DNA of 64,000 bases from Candidatus Altimarinota bacterium (GCA_041242255.1 JBESAV010000001.1:384001-448000), one strand, 5' to 3'; shown: positions 9,451-19,110, numbered from the stretch's first letter. Notes: generated by a model not told the origin, from the sequence alone. Numbers and translations are program-made.

Positions 9451-10991
9451 TATTTAAAGCTAATCAATTTTGAAGCCTCTTCCAAAACTATCTCATCACC
9501 TTCTTGAAGACCTCCCACAACCTGTATCTTCCCAGCTTGTATCGGACCTTTTACATCCACTTGTTTATATAGAATCTCATTTCCAGATTTAACTGCAGCA
9601 AAGTATTCATTATTATCAATTTTCAAAGATCTAAATGGAACAACCGTTGCAGCAATAATATCCGAACCACCTTTCTCAATTTTAAAATTAACTTTTGCAA
9701 AAGCATTTGCGATCAAGTTTCCATTATCACTCAAATTTCCAATTTTAACTTTAATCAATCTGCTTCTTTCATCTGCAATCAAAGCAACATTCTTTACCTC
9801 TCCATCATATTTTTCTCCGGCGTATACAACCTCAATCTCATCACCTTTCTGAAGTAAGGAAGCCTGCTCAAGTGAAACAAAAACCTCAATTTGCTTATTC
9901 ATTTCAGAGCTTATCAAAATATAATTCATCCCAGGGGTAGTCTTTTGTCCAACATTTAAATCAATATCAAGTACAGTCCCATCTACAGGTGCAGTAACCA
10001 CTGTCTGATCAAGTTGAACTTTAGCTAAAGCAACTTGAGCCTCTGCTTGATTAATCTGACTCATAAGCTGATTAATATTTAAATCCGTTGCAACTCTTTG
10101 AGAGGCAATCTGATTTCTTAAAGATTCTATTTGCAATCGTGCGTTTTCAATCTGCTGAATATTTCTTACATCAGTATAATAATTCTGAGCAGCTTGTAGC
10201 TGTCTTTGACCATATTCAAGGTTGCCTTGTGCTTCCTCTAAATCTTCTTGTGCACTTTCAAAGTCATATTGATTCTCAAGGTCACCACCCAAAAACTCAC
10301 CTAGGTTTTCGTTTACAATATTTCCTATAGTTTTCTCTAGCGATGGAGTATTCGCTGAAATCTCGTTACCTATCTCTTCAACTTCTTTACCCATATCTTC
10401 CACACCCAACTGTCTCGCAGCCAAATCTCTAGAAGAATTCAAGCTCAAAACTGCTTGCTCCAAAGCTATGTCAGCAGTTGCAAGTTGGATTCTATAACTA
10501 TTTTCAGAAATTCCAGCATTCTGTCTAGTCAGATCTAAAGATCTGTATGCATTTGCCAATTGTTTTTCAGCACTATCTAAGTTTATGGCTAACTGTTTAG
10601 TTGCAGTATTTTCAGCTAATTTGAAAAGTACATCACCTTTCTTAACTTCACTTCCTGCCTCTACTAAGATCTCTTCTACAGTCGAACTCAAATCACTTCC
10701 TACTTCTACCTGATCACTCAAAGTGACAATCCCAGTTCTACTAAAGCTATTATCTCTCAAGTCAGACCTTACCGGATCTTTATAGGTAATTGTCTCATAT
10801 TCTAAAGGAGGTTCATTCTCATTTGGTTCTTCAGAATCTTCATTCTCAATTGGATCATTATCAACGATTACAACCTCTTCCTTTCTGCTTTCGTTGATAA
10901 GGTATATCCCTCCATAAATAATTACACCAACTACCAAAAGACTCAAAAAAGTTCTCACAACATTTTTCAAAGCATCTACAACAATTGACAT
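9450..10991 (-). CDS. RND membrane-fusion (adaptor) protein with long coiled coil
   Basis: N-terminal TM; lipoyl half-motifs VEAGSEVKKGDVL and VTAPVDGTV; C-terminal GLQEGDEIV; TAATG coupling to the permease. Confidence 0.85.
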   Translation of the reverse strand: MSIVVDALKNVVRTFLSLLVVGVIIYGGIYLINESRKEEVVIVDNDPIENEDSEEPNENEPPLEYETITYKDPVRSDLRDNSFSRTGIVTLSDQVEVGSDLSSTVEEILVEAGSEVKKGDVLFKLAENTATKQLAINLDSAEKQLANAYRSLDLTRQNAGISENSYRIQLATADIALEQAVLSLNSSRDLAARQLGVEDMGKEVEEIGNEISANTPSLEKTIGNIVNENLGEFLGGDLENQYDFESAQEDLEEAQGNLEYGQRQLQAAQNYYTDVRNIQQIENARLQIESLRNQIASQRVATDLNINQLMSQINQAEAQVALAKVQLDQTVVTAPVDGTVLDIDLNVGQKTTPGMNYILISSEMNKQIEVFVSLEQASLLQKGDEIEVVYAGEKYDGEVKNVALIADERSRLIKVKIGNLSDNGNLIANAFAKVNFKIEKGGSDIIAATVVPFRSLKIDNNEYFAAVKSGNEILYKQVDVKGPIQAGKIQVVGGLQEGDEIVLEEASKLISFK

Positions 10992-11019
10992 AACTATTAC
11001 CCCTTAAAATTTAGATGAA

Positions 11020-11048
11020 ATAGTAGTATTTTTATGAAGTTATGTCAA
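11020..11048 (-). promoter_or_regulatory. Sigma70-like promoter of the RND-mnmA operon
   Basis: TTGACA-N17-TACTAT about 30 nt upstream of ATG 10991. Confidence 0.6.
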
Positions 11049-11056
11049 ATAGATCT

Positions 11057-11455
11057 TTAGCTAGATATTTCTTTCCAAAGTTCTTCTAAGTCCTGATCTA
11101 ATACAGGATTATCATGGATGTTTGTTTTCAGTCCATCACCCTCAAACCTTGGCAAAAGATGGAAGTGTAAGTGCATCACAGTCTGCCCAGCAGCCTCTCC
11201 AGAAGAACTAAAGATGTTTATCCCATCTGCACCAAGCTTTTCTTTCAAGATCACAGCCGTCTCATGTATTCCTTTCATCAAGCTTTCATACTCAGAACTC
11301 TCAAGTTCAAAAATATTCTCAACCTCATTCTTGGGAATAACCAAAGTATGCCCTTTACAAACAGGACTTATATCCAAAAAAGCCAATACATCATCAGACT
11401 CATAGACTTTATATGAAGGCAATTCACCACTAATAATTTTATTAAAAATACTCAA
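11057..11455 (-). CDS. HIT family nucleotide hydrolase
   Basis: HLHFHLLPR triad; AFLDISPVCKGHTLVIPK; likely TTG start at 11455 (MSIFNKII). Confidence 0.9.
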   Translation of the reverse strand: MSIFNKIISGELPSYKVYESDDVLAFLDISPVCKGHTLVIPKNEVENIFELESSEYESLMKGIHETAVILKEKLGADGINIFSSSGEAAGQTVMHLHFHLLPRFEGDGLKTNIHDNPVLDQDLEELWKEISS

Positions 11456-11510
11456 AACTATAAAAATTAAATCAAAAGCATTATATACTCTTTCCAAATA
11501 ACATAAAACA

Positions 11511-12026
11511 ATGACCATTCACCACCAAAACCCAGACCCAAAAATCATCCAATCTCTAAAAGACCAATCCATAAGCTACACTTTGCTGGAGCACTCTCCA
11601 TTCTTCAGCTGCCAAGACTCAGAAAGCTTCTGGTCTAACCGCATCCAAAGCTCTAGTCAAACCATCGCCAACTGCAAAACTCTCATGCTTAGAGATAAGA
11701 AAAAGAAAAACTACTACATGTACATCACTTTCTGCGATCAAAAAGTAGACCTTAGTCAGTTCCAAAACGACATAGACTCCAAACGACTAAGCTTCGCTTC
11801 TGAATCCGATTTAGAATCTCTCCTTCAAGTTTACCCAGGTTGCGTAAACCCATTTAGCCTCATTCACGATCAAGAAAATATGATCCATGTCTACATCCAC
11901 AAAGAAACACTCAAATTTGACCTTCAAGCTTTTCACCCAGGCAACAACAAATATTCCATAGAGCTTACAACACAAGACTTCCAAAATTTTCTATCCAACA
12001 CAGGTAATAAAGTCACTATTCTTTAG
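11511..12026 (+). CDS. YbaK/ProXp-type aminoacyl-tRNA deacylase
   Basis: CKTLMLRDKK, RLSFAS, PGCVNPF, FHPGNN. Confidence 0.82.
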   Translation: MTIHHQNPDPKIIQSLKDQSISYTLLEHSPFFSCQDSESFWSNRIQSSSQTIANCKTLMLRDKKKKNYYMYITFCDQKVDLSQFQNDIDSKRLSFASESDLESLLQVYPGCVNPFSLIHDQENMIHVYIHKETLKFDLQAFHPGNNKYSIELTTQDFQNFLSNTGNKVTIL

Positions 12027-12591
12027 ATCTCTTCCAACAACTTTCAAGGTGGTCATCTACCATCCCAACCGCTTGCATATAGGCATACATTATTGTCGGT
12101 CCCACAAAACTCATCCCACGCTTTTTTAGATCTTTCGATAATGCACGACTAATTTCAGTCTCAACCGGCACATCCTTAAACTTCCCCCAAGTATTCACTA
12201 TCTGCTCTTCATCTACAAATCTCCACAAATACTCATCGAAACTCCCAAATTCATCCACAATATCCAAAAATACTAGAGCATTTTTCCTCACTGAATAAAT
12301 CTTCAGTTTATTCCGAATTATACCTTCAAACTCCCTAAGACTCTCCAGTTCCTCATCACTCATTTCTACTATAGCACCAATATCCCAATCCTTAAAAGCT
12401 TCTCTATATCCTTCTCGTTTCTTCAGAACTGTTTCCCAGCTTAACCCAGCCTGCGCCCCTTCAAGTATCAGCATCTCAAAAAGCTTCTTATCATCATGCA
12501 CAGGCACACCCCATTCTTCATCATGATAACGAGCGTAAAGCTCATCCTTCCCAAAACATCTTTTACGATTATCCATAAAACGAATTAACAT
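12016..12591 (-). CDS. tag: DNA-3-methyladenine glycosylase I
   Basis: YHDEEWGVP, LEGAQAGLSW, FVGPTIMYAYMQAVGMVDDHLESC; alternative start at 12576. Confidence 0.95.
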   Translation of the reverse strand: MLIRFMDNRKRCFGKDELYARYHDEEWGVPVHDDKKLFEMLILEGAQAGLSWETVLKKREGYREAFKDWDIGAIVEMSDEELESLREFEGIIRNKLKIYSVRKNALVFLDIVDEFGSFDEYLWRFVDEEQIVNTWGKFKDVPVETEISRALSKDLKKRGMSFVGPTIMYAYMQAVGMVDDHLESCWKRSKE

Positions 12592-12646
12592 TTACATCTT
12601 ACAACACTCTTCGCTAAGATAAAGTAATCTAAAGCAACCCAAACAA

Positions 12647-14029
12647 ATGCCTAAAAACAAAAAAAATGAAATCCTCCAAGCCATCTGGCAGTTAGCCGAT
12701 GGCCAAAAGTCAGGCCTCAACATTGGTTCAAGAGCAGTACCGCATCATCTCAGACCCCACGAAAAACCAATCCTCGAAAAAGCTATCGAAAGGGGATACA
12801 TGATCCTCAAAAAAGACGATCGTCCTAACCTCGAAAACCTTTTTTATCTATATAACGAACAATTAGACCAACCAGCCTTCATCTACCGAGAATCTGAAGA
12901 ATTCCCAGTTCAACTTTCCGCTATCCAAGAAAAACTACAAAATTACGATCCAAAAAACTACGCCAAAACTCGCAACCACCTCGAAGGAAATGTCTCTAAA
13001 CTTTCTCCATACATAACTACTGGAATTCTGCCACTTCCATATGTATACCAGTTCATCCAAGAAAAATTCACCCATCTCAAAAAAGACGACAAAATCTTCC
13101 AAGAGTTAGCCTGGCGCGAATATTTCCAAAACGTCTACCAAGAGTACGGAGAAGAAATCTTCCAAAAAGGAATCAAAAACACACAACCAAGAGGCGACCA
13201 TCAAGAGATTCCAACCCTCATCCTCAAAGCCAGAACAGGTATCAAAACTATAGATCGCACCATCCGAGAGCTTTACCGCACAGGTTACATGCACAATCAC
13301 GCTCGTATGTGGCTTGCTTCATTGACTTGCAACCTTTCCAGAACCCACTGGAAACCATCAGCTGACTGGCTCTACTATCATCTTTTAGATGGTGACCTAG
13401 CTTCAAATTATCTCAGCTGGCAATGGGTTTCCGGAGCCTTCAGCAGCAAACTCTACTGGCTAACCCAATCCAACCTCAACAAGTACAGCCCCGAAGATCT
13501 TAAACAATCAGGCACCATCATCGACAAATCCTACCAAGAAGTTTCTAAGTTAGAAATCCCCGAAGAGTTCCAAGAACGATCGAAGCCAGAACTAACAACC
13601 GACCTCAGCCCAATCAATTCTGAAAAATACGAAGATAAACCAACTCTTATTTATAGCATCTGGAACCTCGACCCAGAATTCGGCAATCAAACCACTCAAA
13701 ACGTAAACCCAAAAGATTATCAAAAAGTTCTACTACTCGAGCAAAGTTACTTTGATAGATTTCCAGTATCACCACAAAGGCTCGCCTTTATCTTAGGAAT
13801 AGCCGACAATATTTCAGGACTGAAAGTTGTAGTGGAGGAAAAGTCAGACTTAAAAATATCCCCTGAAAATATAACTTTCATAGATCATCCTAGCCTCCAG
13901 CACTGGCACCATCCTGATTCTACTACACTTAAACCCCCAAGAATCTTCCCACATATTGAAGGCTACTTTTCAAGTTTCTTTAAGTTCTGGAATAAAGCCT
14001 CAAGAAAACCTAAACCCAAAACTTCATGA
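12647..14029 (+). CDS. Photolyase with inverted domain order (NewPHL-like) plus N-terminal extension
   Basis: YAKTRNHLEGNVSKLSPYI, QELAWREY, GYMHNHARMW, LLDGDLASNYLSWQWV in the N-terminal half; short alpha/beta region at the C-terminus. Confidence 0.85.
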   Translation: MPKNKKNEILQAIWQLADGQKSGLNIGSRAVPHHLRPHEKPILEKAIERGYMILKKDDRPNLENLFYLYNEQLDQPAFIYRESEEFPVQLSAIQEKLQNYDPKNYAKTRNHLEGNVSKLSPYITTGILPLPYVYQFIQEKFTHLKKDDKIFQELAWREYFQNVYQEYGEEIFQKGIKNTQPRGDHQEIPTLILKARTGIKTIDRTIRELYRTGYMHNHARMWLASLTCNLSRTHWKPSADWLYYHLLDGDLASNYLSWQWVSGAFSSKLYWLTQSNLNKYSPEDLKQSGTIIDKSYQEVSKLEIPEEFQERSKPELTTDLSPINSEKYEDKPTLIYSIWNLDPEFGNQTTQNVNPKDYQKVLLLEQSYFDRFPVSPQRLAFILGIADNISGLKVVVEEKSDLKISPENITFIDHPSLQHWHHPDSTTLKPPRIFPHIEGYFSSFFKFWNKASRKPKPKTS

Positions 14030-14526
14030 CCAAAGTCCCAGTCTCCAAAAAAACTCGCCCCTGGAACCAACCAAATCTCCCAGTTTATAGCCTATCTACT
14101 TTAGATCCAGATACAGGCACACCCAATATGAACATCTGCACCTATGTTTCAGCCATCACTATGGATACTAAAAGGTTTATGATTGGAGTTTATAAAGGCA
14201 CCAAAACCTACGAAAACCTCCAGAAAACAGATCAAGCCATCCTTCAGATCTTATCAAAAGACAATATCAACTTAGTTAGAAAATTCGGAAAAACCTCTGG
14301 TAAGGATTCTGATAAACTCAAAAACCTAAAAGATCGCATATCCACTCACCAAAACCTCACATACCTCAAAGATTGCACAGCTTTCATGTACCTTAAAACA
14401 ACCGATATCTTCAAAGTGGGCGACCATGATATTTGGGTAATGGAAGTCATCAAGTCTAAATCTCTCAATGACCCAAAAGACATTCTCTATACCTACGATC
14501 TCAAAGAAGCCAAAATCATAGGATAG
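14026..14526 (+). CDS. Flavin reductase-like FMN-binding split-barrel protein
   Basis: PNMNICTY, GTKTYENL, FGKTSG..DK, GDH; ATGA overlap with the photolyase. Confidence 0.85.
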   Translation: MTKVPVSKKTRPWNQPNLPVYSLSTLDPDTGTPNMNICTYVSAITMDTKRFMIGVYKGTKTYENLQKTDQAILQILSKDNINLVRKFGKTSGKDSDKLKNLKDRISTHQNLTYLKDCTAFMYLKTTDIFKVGDHDIWVMEVIKSKSLNDPKDILYTYDLKEAKIIG

Positions 14527-14544
14527 CCACAAAACCCTAAAAGC

Positions 14545-15867
14545 CTATGAAAAACCAAACTCCTCATAATATATCTGATCTTCCGGCACACCTCTTTTCA
14601 TAAGATCAGCTTTAAGAGAAACCATCATCTTATTTGGCCCACACATCATCACAGCATATTCACTCAAATCTTTTCCAACTTCCTTCTCAAGTAGATCTCC
14701 AGTTAGATAACCTTCATTCACAGAGAAGTGTTTGCGATAGGTGAAATTATCATCAGCATTCTGAGCCAATTCATTGATCTCTCCATCGTAGATCAACTCA
14801 TCCTCAGACTTCACACAATGATAAAATTTTATATTTTTACGGTCATCATTTTGTGACTCATGATGAAGCATACTCAGAAAAGGAGTCACACCAACCCCAG
14901 CACCAATCCAAATCTGTTTCTTGTGGAAGTCATACATATGAGATGTAAATTCTCCATAAGGTCCAAATATATTGATGACTTTACCTTCTTCAAGTCGAGT
15001 TAGCTTCTCAGTATAATCCCCAAAAACCTTGTAAATAAATCTCAACTCATTACTCCCAGGCGAAGATGAAATGCTAAATGGATGATGCTCTTTCGGAATC
15101 TCCGTGTGTCCCGGCACAGATATAAAGGCAAATTCTCCAGGCTCAAAATTAATCTTAGTTTTTACAGGCCTCAAAACCAACTCATAAACTCCATCCATCA
15201 CTAGTTTATTCCTGATAACTTCATACTCAAACTTAGGACCAATGTATTCATACAAAAGAGTTTTATACACATACGAACTAACCCCGACCACAAAGCAAAG
15301 TCCCATCCAAAACTGCAAAGGCACAAACCGAGCCACATCACTCGAAGCATTAAAAACGTGATAAGCCGCAATGATAAAAGGGACTCCCATTAAGCTATGG
15401 ATGTTTTTCCAGATGTGATAAGGAATCTTCTTACTCATCGCCAAAGCGATTAAAATAATATACCCATACAAAGCTGTAATTCCAGCTGTCTTAGCCCAAG
15501 TATCAATCCCTGGCACAAACAAAGACCAAACATTTTCTCCAGTCATTAAAAATTGCGGAATCAAAAGCAGGGGGTGTGCAAGTATAAAAACAAAAGCAAC
15601 CTTACTGATCAAGGAATGATTCTTATAAACTTTATCCAATCCACCAAAAACCTTCTCCATAAATCTAACCCTCGACACCATCAAATAACTAACCGCCAAA
15701 AGCACCACCCCAAATAAAGATAGAATCTGACTCAAGTACCTAGGAGTCTCAACCCAAGTCAAAGTATCCACAATCTCAACCTTAGACCACATCCAAATCA
15801 GCGTAGTCACAATCAACGGCAAAGTTATATACAGATGTATATGGCTACTTTTCTCTTTCAAAAACAT
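14545..15867 (-). CDS. Ferric-reductase-like transmembrane oxidoreductase (bacterial NOX-like)
   Basis: TM region with two His pairs (KNHS...LAHP; NIHS...AYHV), HPFSISS, GPYG, GAGVGVTPF, MCGP, C-terminal EEFGF. Confidence 0.88.
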   Translation of the reverse strand: MFLKEKSSHIHLYITLPLIVTTLIWMWSKVEIVDTLTWVETPRYLSQILSLFGVVLLAVSYLMVSRVRFMEKVFGGLDKVYKNHSLISKVAFVFILAHPLLLIPQFLMTGENVWSLFVPGIDTWAKTAGITALYGYIILIALAMSKKIPYHIWKNIHSLMGVPFIIAAYHVFNASSDVARFVPLQFWMGLCFVVGVSSYVYKTLLYEYIGPKFEYEVIRNKLVMDGVYELVLRPVKTKINFEPGEFAFISVPGHTEIPKEHHPFSISSSPGSNELRFIYKVFGDYTEKLTRLEEGKVINIFGPYGEFTSHMYDFHKKQIWIGAGVGVTPFLSMLHHESQNDDRKNIKFYHCVKSEDELIYDGEINELAQNADDNFTYRKHFSVNEGYLTGDLLEKEVGKDLSEYAVMMCGPNKMMVSLKADLMKRGVPEDQIYYEEFGFS

Positions 15868-15948
15868 AGTGGTGTAGGATTACATTCAAACAAGACATTT
15901 TACTATCAACATGTTAATCTAATGTAACCAAACAAAAAAGCCCAAAAC

Positions 15949-17403
15949 ATGTCCCCGAAAAACACCTTAACAATCTGGTGGATCAAAAGAGACATCCGTT
16001 TACTCGACAACTTGTGTCTCCATAAAGCACTCCAAGACTCCAAATACGTCTTGCCAGTTTTCATATGGGAAGAAAACATTTTCTCTCACCAGCAATACTC
16101 AAGATTCCATTTTGAAGCCATAAATACTGCATTAAAAGACCTCCAAAAAAATCTAAAAACCCTAAACTCAAATCTCCTTATACTGAGAGGGGAGACACTC
16201 CAAGTCTTCAATCAACTAAAATCCCAATACAACTTCCAGGCTATCTATTCCCATGAAGAAATTGGGTCGGACATAACTTACCAAAGAGACATCCAAGTCC
16301 AAAAATGGTGCCAACAAAACCAAATCAAATACAAAGAATTCCCACAGCTTTCAGTCATCAGAGGTCTTAAAGATAGAGATAAGCTTGATCAGTCATGGAA
16401 AAAACGCATCCAAAACTCACAAGTCATCCAGTCTCCAAACTCAGTTCCACTCCCAAAAAATTTCAAACCTATCTTCGACAACTCTTTCAAAACCACAAAA
16501 CCAACCTTCGAAGATCCAAGCCAGACCATCATCCAATCCACCTCAGAAACCTCCGCTCACAATATCTTAAACTCATTCCTTAAAGACCGCTCCAAAAGAT
16601 ATCGTGGCTCGATCAGCTCACCAAACACCGCTCTCAAATACGGGTCTAGACTCTCCACTCAGCTAGCCTACGGAACTATGTCCATGAGATACATCTACCA
16701 GCAAACCGAACAAAAGCGAAAAACCACCAAAGACCCTTGGCAAAAAAAAGGCCTTCAAGCCTTCAAATCCAGGCTTCACTGGCATGATCATTTCATCCAA
16801 AGACTCGAAATGGAACCCCAAATGGAATTCTACGCCCTAAACCCATTGTTTGAAGATTTACCTTACACCAATAAACCAGAAAATCTCCAAGCTTGGCTAA
16901 AGGGTCAAACTGGAGTTCCTCTAGTCGATGCTTCTATGCGATGCTTACGACACACAGGGTTTATAAATTTCCGGATGCGCTCAATGGTAACTTCTTATGC
17001 ATGTCATGCTCTCCACCTCGATTGGAGGTACATCATGTACCCACTAGCTCAACTCTTCACAGACTACGAACCAGGTATCCATATCTCTCAACTTCAAATG
17101 CAAGCCGGAGTAGTCGGTATCAACACTATTCGAGTCTACAACCCATACAAACAAGCCATCGATCAGGATCCAAGATGCATATTTATCAAAAAATGGGTCC
17201 CTGAACTCCAAGGTAAGTCTCCAGCTGAGATACTATCCGTAGAGACAATTCCTCTTTTAAACAGCGATTATCCTAAACCAATAGTAGATTTCAAAGCTCA
17301 AACCAAAATCATGAAAGATGCCCTCTACAAAAGAAAAAAGTCTACCGAAAATGCCATCCTCAAATATCAAGTTCTCCACAAACATGGCTCTAGAAAGTTC
17401 TAA
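15949..17403 (+). CDS. Cryptochrome/DNA photolyase family protein (canonical domain order)
   Basis: WWIKRDIRLLDN, SRLSTQLAYG, GQTGVPLVDASMR, NFRMR, DYEPGIH, RVYNPYKQ..DQDP. Confidence 0.92.
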   Translation: MSPKNTLTIWWIKRDIRLLDNLCLHKALQDSKYVLPVFIWEENIFSHQQYSRFHFEAINTALKDLQKNLKTLNSNLLILRGETLQVFNQLKSQYNFQAIYSHEEIGSDITYQRDIQVQKWCQQNQIKYKEFPQLSVIRGLKDRDKLDQSWKKRIQNSQVIQSPNSVPLPKNFKPIFDNSFKTTKPTFEDPSQTIIQSTSETSAHNILNSFLKDRSKRYRGSISSPNTALKYGSRLSTQLAYGTMSMRYIYQQTEQKRKTTKDPWQKKGLQAFKSRLHWHDHFIQRLEMEPQMEFYALNPLFEDLPYTNKPENLQAWLKGQTGVPLVDASMRCLRHTGFINFRMRSMVTSYACHALHLDWRYIMYPLAQLFTDYEPGIHISQLQMQAGVVGINTIRVYNPYKQAIDQDPRCIFIKKWVPELQGKSPAEILSVETIPLLNSDYPKPIVDFKAQTKIMKDALYKRKKSTENAILKYQVLHKHGSRKF

Positions 17404-17411
17404 AAGAAAGA

Positions 17412-18728
17412 TTAATTATTTTGGTAATTTACAACAATATGGCATTTACCAAATACTTTTGAATCTAGCTTATTTACTCTTTCTTGAGGTATAAAGTTTC
17501 CGTGCAAAGTTAACCATTCAACTCTAGCTCTTGATATTATTTGTAGGGTTTCATCTGATATATCTTCTATTTCACTATCAGTGATATCAAAAAGTATTAA
17601 GTCTGCAATCTCAATAGCAGCTTGTAATCCCTCTTCACTTACATATCCTCCACAAATCATCAAACTATCTAATCTACAAAATTTTCTGACAATTTGGACA
17701 ATCTTTTTATCATCAATTTCATAACCATCACTAAATTCTTTTAAGCAAATTAAAGCTTTCAACTTATCTTTGTACTCATCTTGAAATTGTTCAAAGCCTT
17801 CCATGTTGCAACCTATTACCATGACTTCTAAATCTTTTAAATGTAAATCACCTAAATATAAAGGTTTATTAGAAATAAAATCACATACTAAAACTCTCAA
17901 TTCTTTAAATTTATTTAATTGATTAATATCACTAATTCTTACTGTTTTACCAATATTACCTCCTAGGGATCCTTTATATCTAACGTAATTATTAACTTCA
18001 GTCTCTTCACTAAAATCAATTACTTCAAGCTTACATCCATTCAAACTAAATATATCTTCTATATCTACACTACCATTGACTGAATCAATCTTTAGAAACT
18101 TTAACTTAGGGTAATCATGGGCATTTAAACTATTAATCCATGAAATTTTATATTCACCTGTTAAATGAAATCCAGTGACATATTTGCTTACAATACCATA
18201 ATCGAGATTAAACCCTGATTCTATGTATAAACCCCTAAGTTCATCCAAATTTATTTTTCCAATTAGATCTCTAATCTTATCCTCTGTGAAATCCTTAATT
18301 ATTAAATTTATATGTTTTTCACCAATAGTTTTAATTAGATTGATTGTTGTATCGTTCAACATGTCAATTTTTAACTGAAAGTCAAAAAATAAACAACTAA
18401 AGTCAATATCGCCTTTTAGTTTATTGAGTAAGGTAGTCATTCTAACTATCGTTTCGGAATCATAACTTTGCACATCTAATATTTCACTCCCAAGGAAGGA
18501 TTCAAAGTTTTTTCTATTAAATAAATAAGGTATTACGAGGTCTCTAAAACTTTTTAAATCACTTTCGTAGCAAGCAAAAATTACACCTATTAGTATAGGG
18601 TAATCTAATCGTGTCATTGATGTCTTATTATTAACAAGTGATCTAAGTTCAGAAAAGTTAGAGCTAAACTTATCTTTATTATCTTCTACATGTTCTTTAT
18701 ATTTTCTCATATATAATAGACTACACAT
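17412..18728 (-). CDS. Orphan protein with degenerate leucine-rich repeats
   Basis: Very AT-rich; recurring LxxLxL/I units (LKFLKID, LEVIDFS, LRVLVCD, LEVMVIG, LDSLMIC, VEWLTLH); alternative start at 18710. Confidence 0.6.
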   Translation of the reverse strand: MCSLLYMRKYKEHVEDNKDKFSSNFSELRSLVNNKTSMTRLDYPILIGVIFACYESDLKSFRDLVIPYLFNRKNFESFLGSEILDVQSYDSETIVRMTTLLNKLKGDIDFSCLFFDFQLKIDMLNDTTINLIKTIGEKHINLIIKDFTEDKIRDLIGKINLDELRGLYIESGFNLDYGIVSKYVTGFHLTGEYKISWINSLNAHDYPKLKFLKIDSVNGSVDIEDIFSLNGCKLEVIDFSEETEVNNYVRYKGSLGGNIGKTVRISDINQLNKFKELRVLVCDFISNKPLYLGDLHLKDLEVMVIGCNMEGFEQFQDEYKDKLKALICLKEFSDGYEIDDKKIVQIVRKFCRLDSLMICGGYVSEEGLQAAIEIADLILFDITDSEIEDISDETLQIISRARVEWLTLHGNFIPQERVNKLDSKVFGKCHIVVNYQNN

Positions 18729-18735
18729 TTAGCGT

Positions 18736-18763
18736 ATTATATGTGTAAATCCAATTATGTCAA
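18736..18763 (-). promoter_or_regulatory. Consensus sigma70 promoter of the LRR-like gene
   Basis: TTGACA-N16-TATAAT. Confidence 0.65.
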
Positions 18764-18792
18764 CCAAGCCGATTTAAATTAATATATAAAAA

Positions 18793-19110
18793 TCAATTAT
18801 TAAGCTCAACCTCAAAAGCCCCACTTCCACCTCTATCTCTCCTTGCTTCTGTAAACCTAAAAACCCTCCCATCTCTATTCAAAAACTTAACTATAACAGG
18901 CTTTACGACAGGTCCTCCTTCAGATGAATGCAGACCTTTTCCAGTTATCACCAAAACTCTCTTCATCTTTTTCTTAATACACTTATCCAAAAACTCAGAA
19001 CAAATTCTTTCAATATCCTCGGGATACAAAACACCTCTTCCATGAAAATCTAGCTCAGCTTCAGGTGCATTCATATCAGCATATTTATTCACTTTTCTTC
19101 TTCTTCCCAT
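18793..19110 (-). CDS. Stand-alone Smr domain protein
   Basis: ELDFHG, VLVITGKGLHS, GGSGAFEV. Confidence 0.88.
   Translation of the reverse strand: MGRRRKVNKYADMNAPEAELDFHGRGVLYPEDIERICSEFLDKCIKKKMKRVLVITGKGLHSSEGGPVVKPVIVKFLNRDGRVFRFTEARRDRGGSGAFEVELNN

Noticed and set aside
15868-15948. Possible CarH/LitR-type light-regulator operator (ACA repeats; TTACATT/AATGTAA) before the photolyase
   Set aside because: Repeats lack the 11-bp periodicity and the inverted arms are far apart; compatible with chance in AT-rich DNA
18738-18765. dif-like site (..GTGTAA-atccaa-TTATGTCAACC)
   Set aside because: Better explained as a TTGACA-N16-TATAAT promoter on the minus strand; the XerC arm is poor and there is no skew switch here
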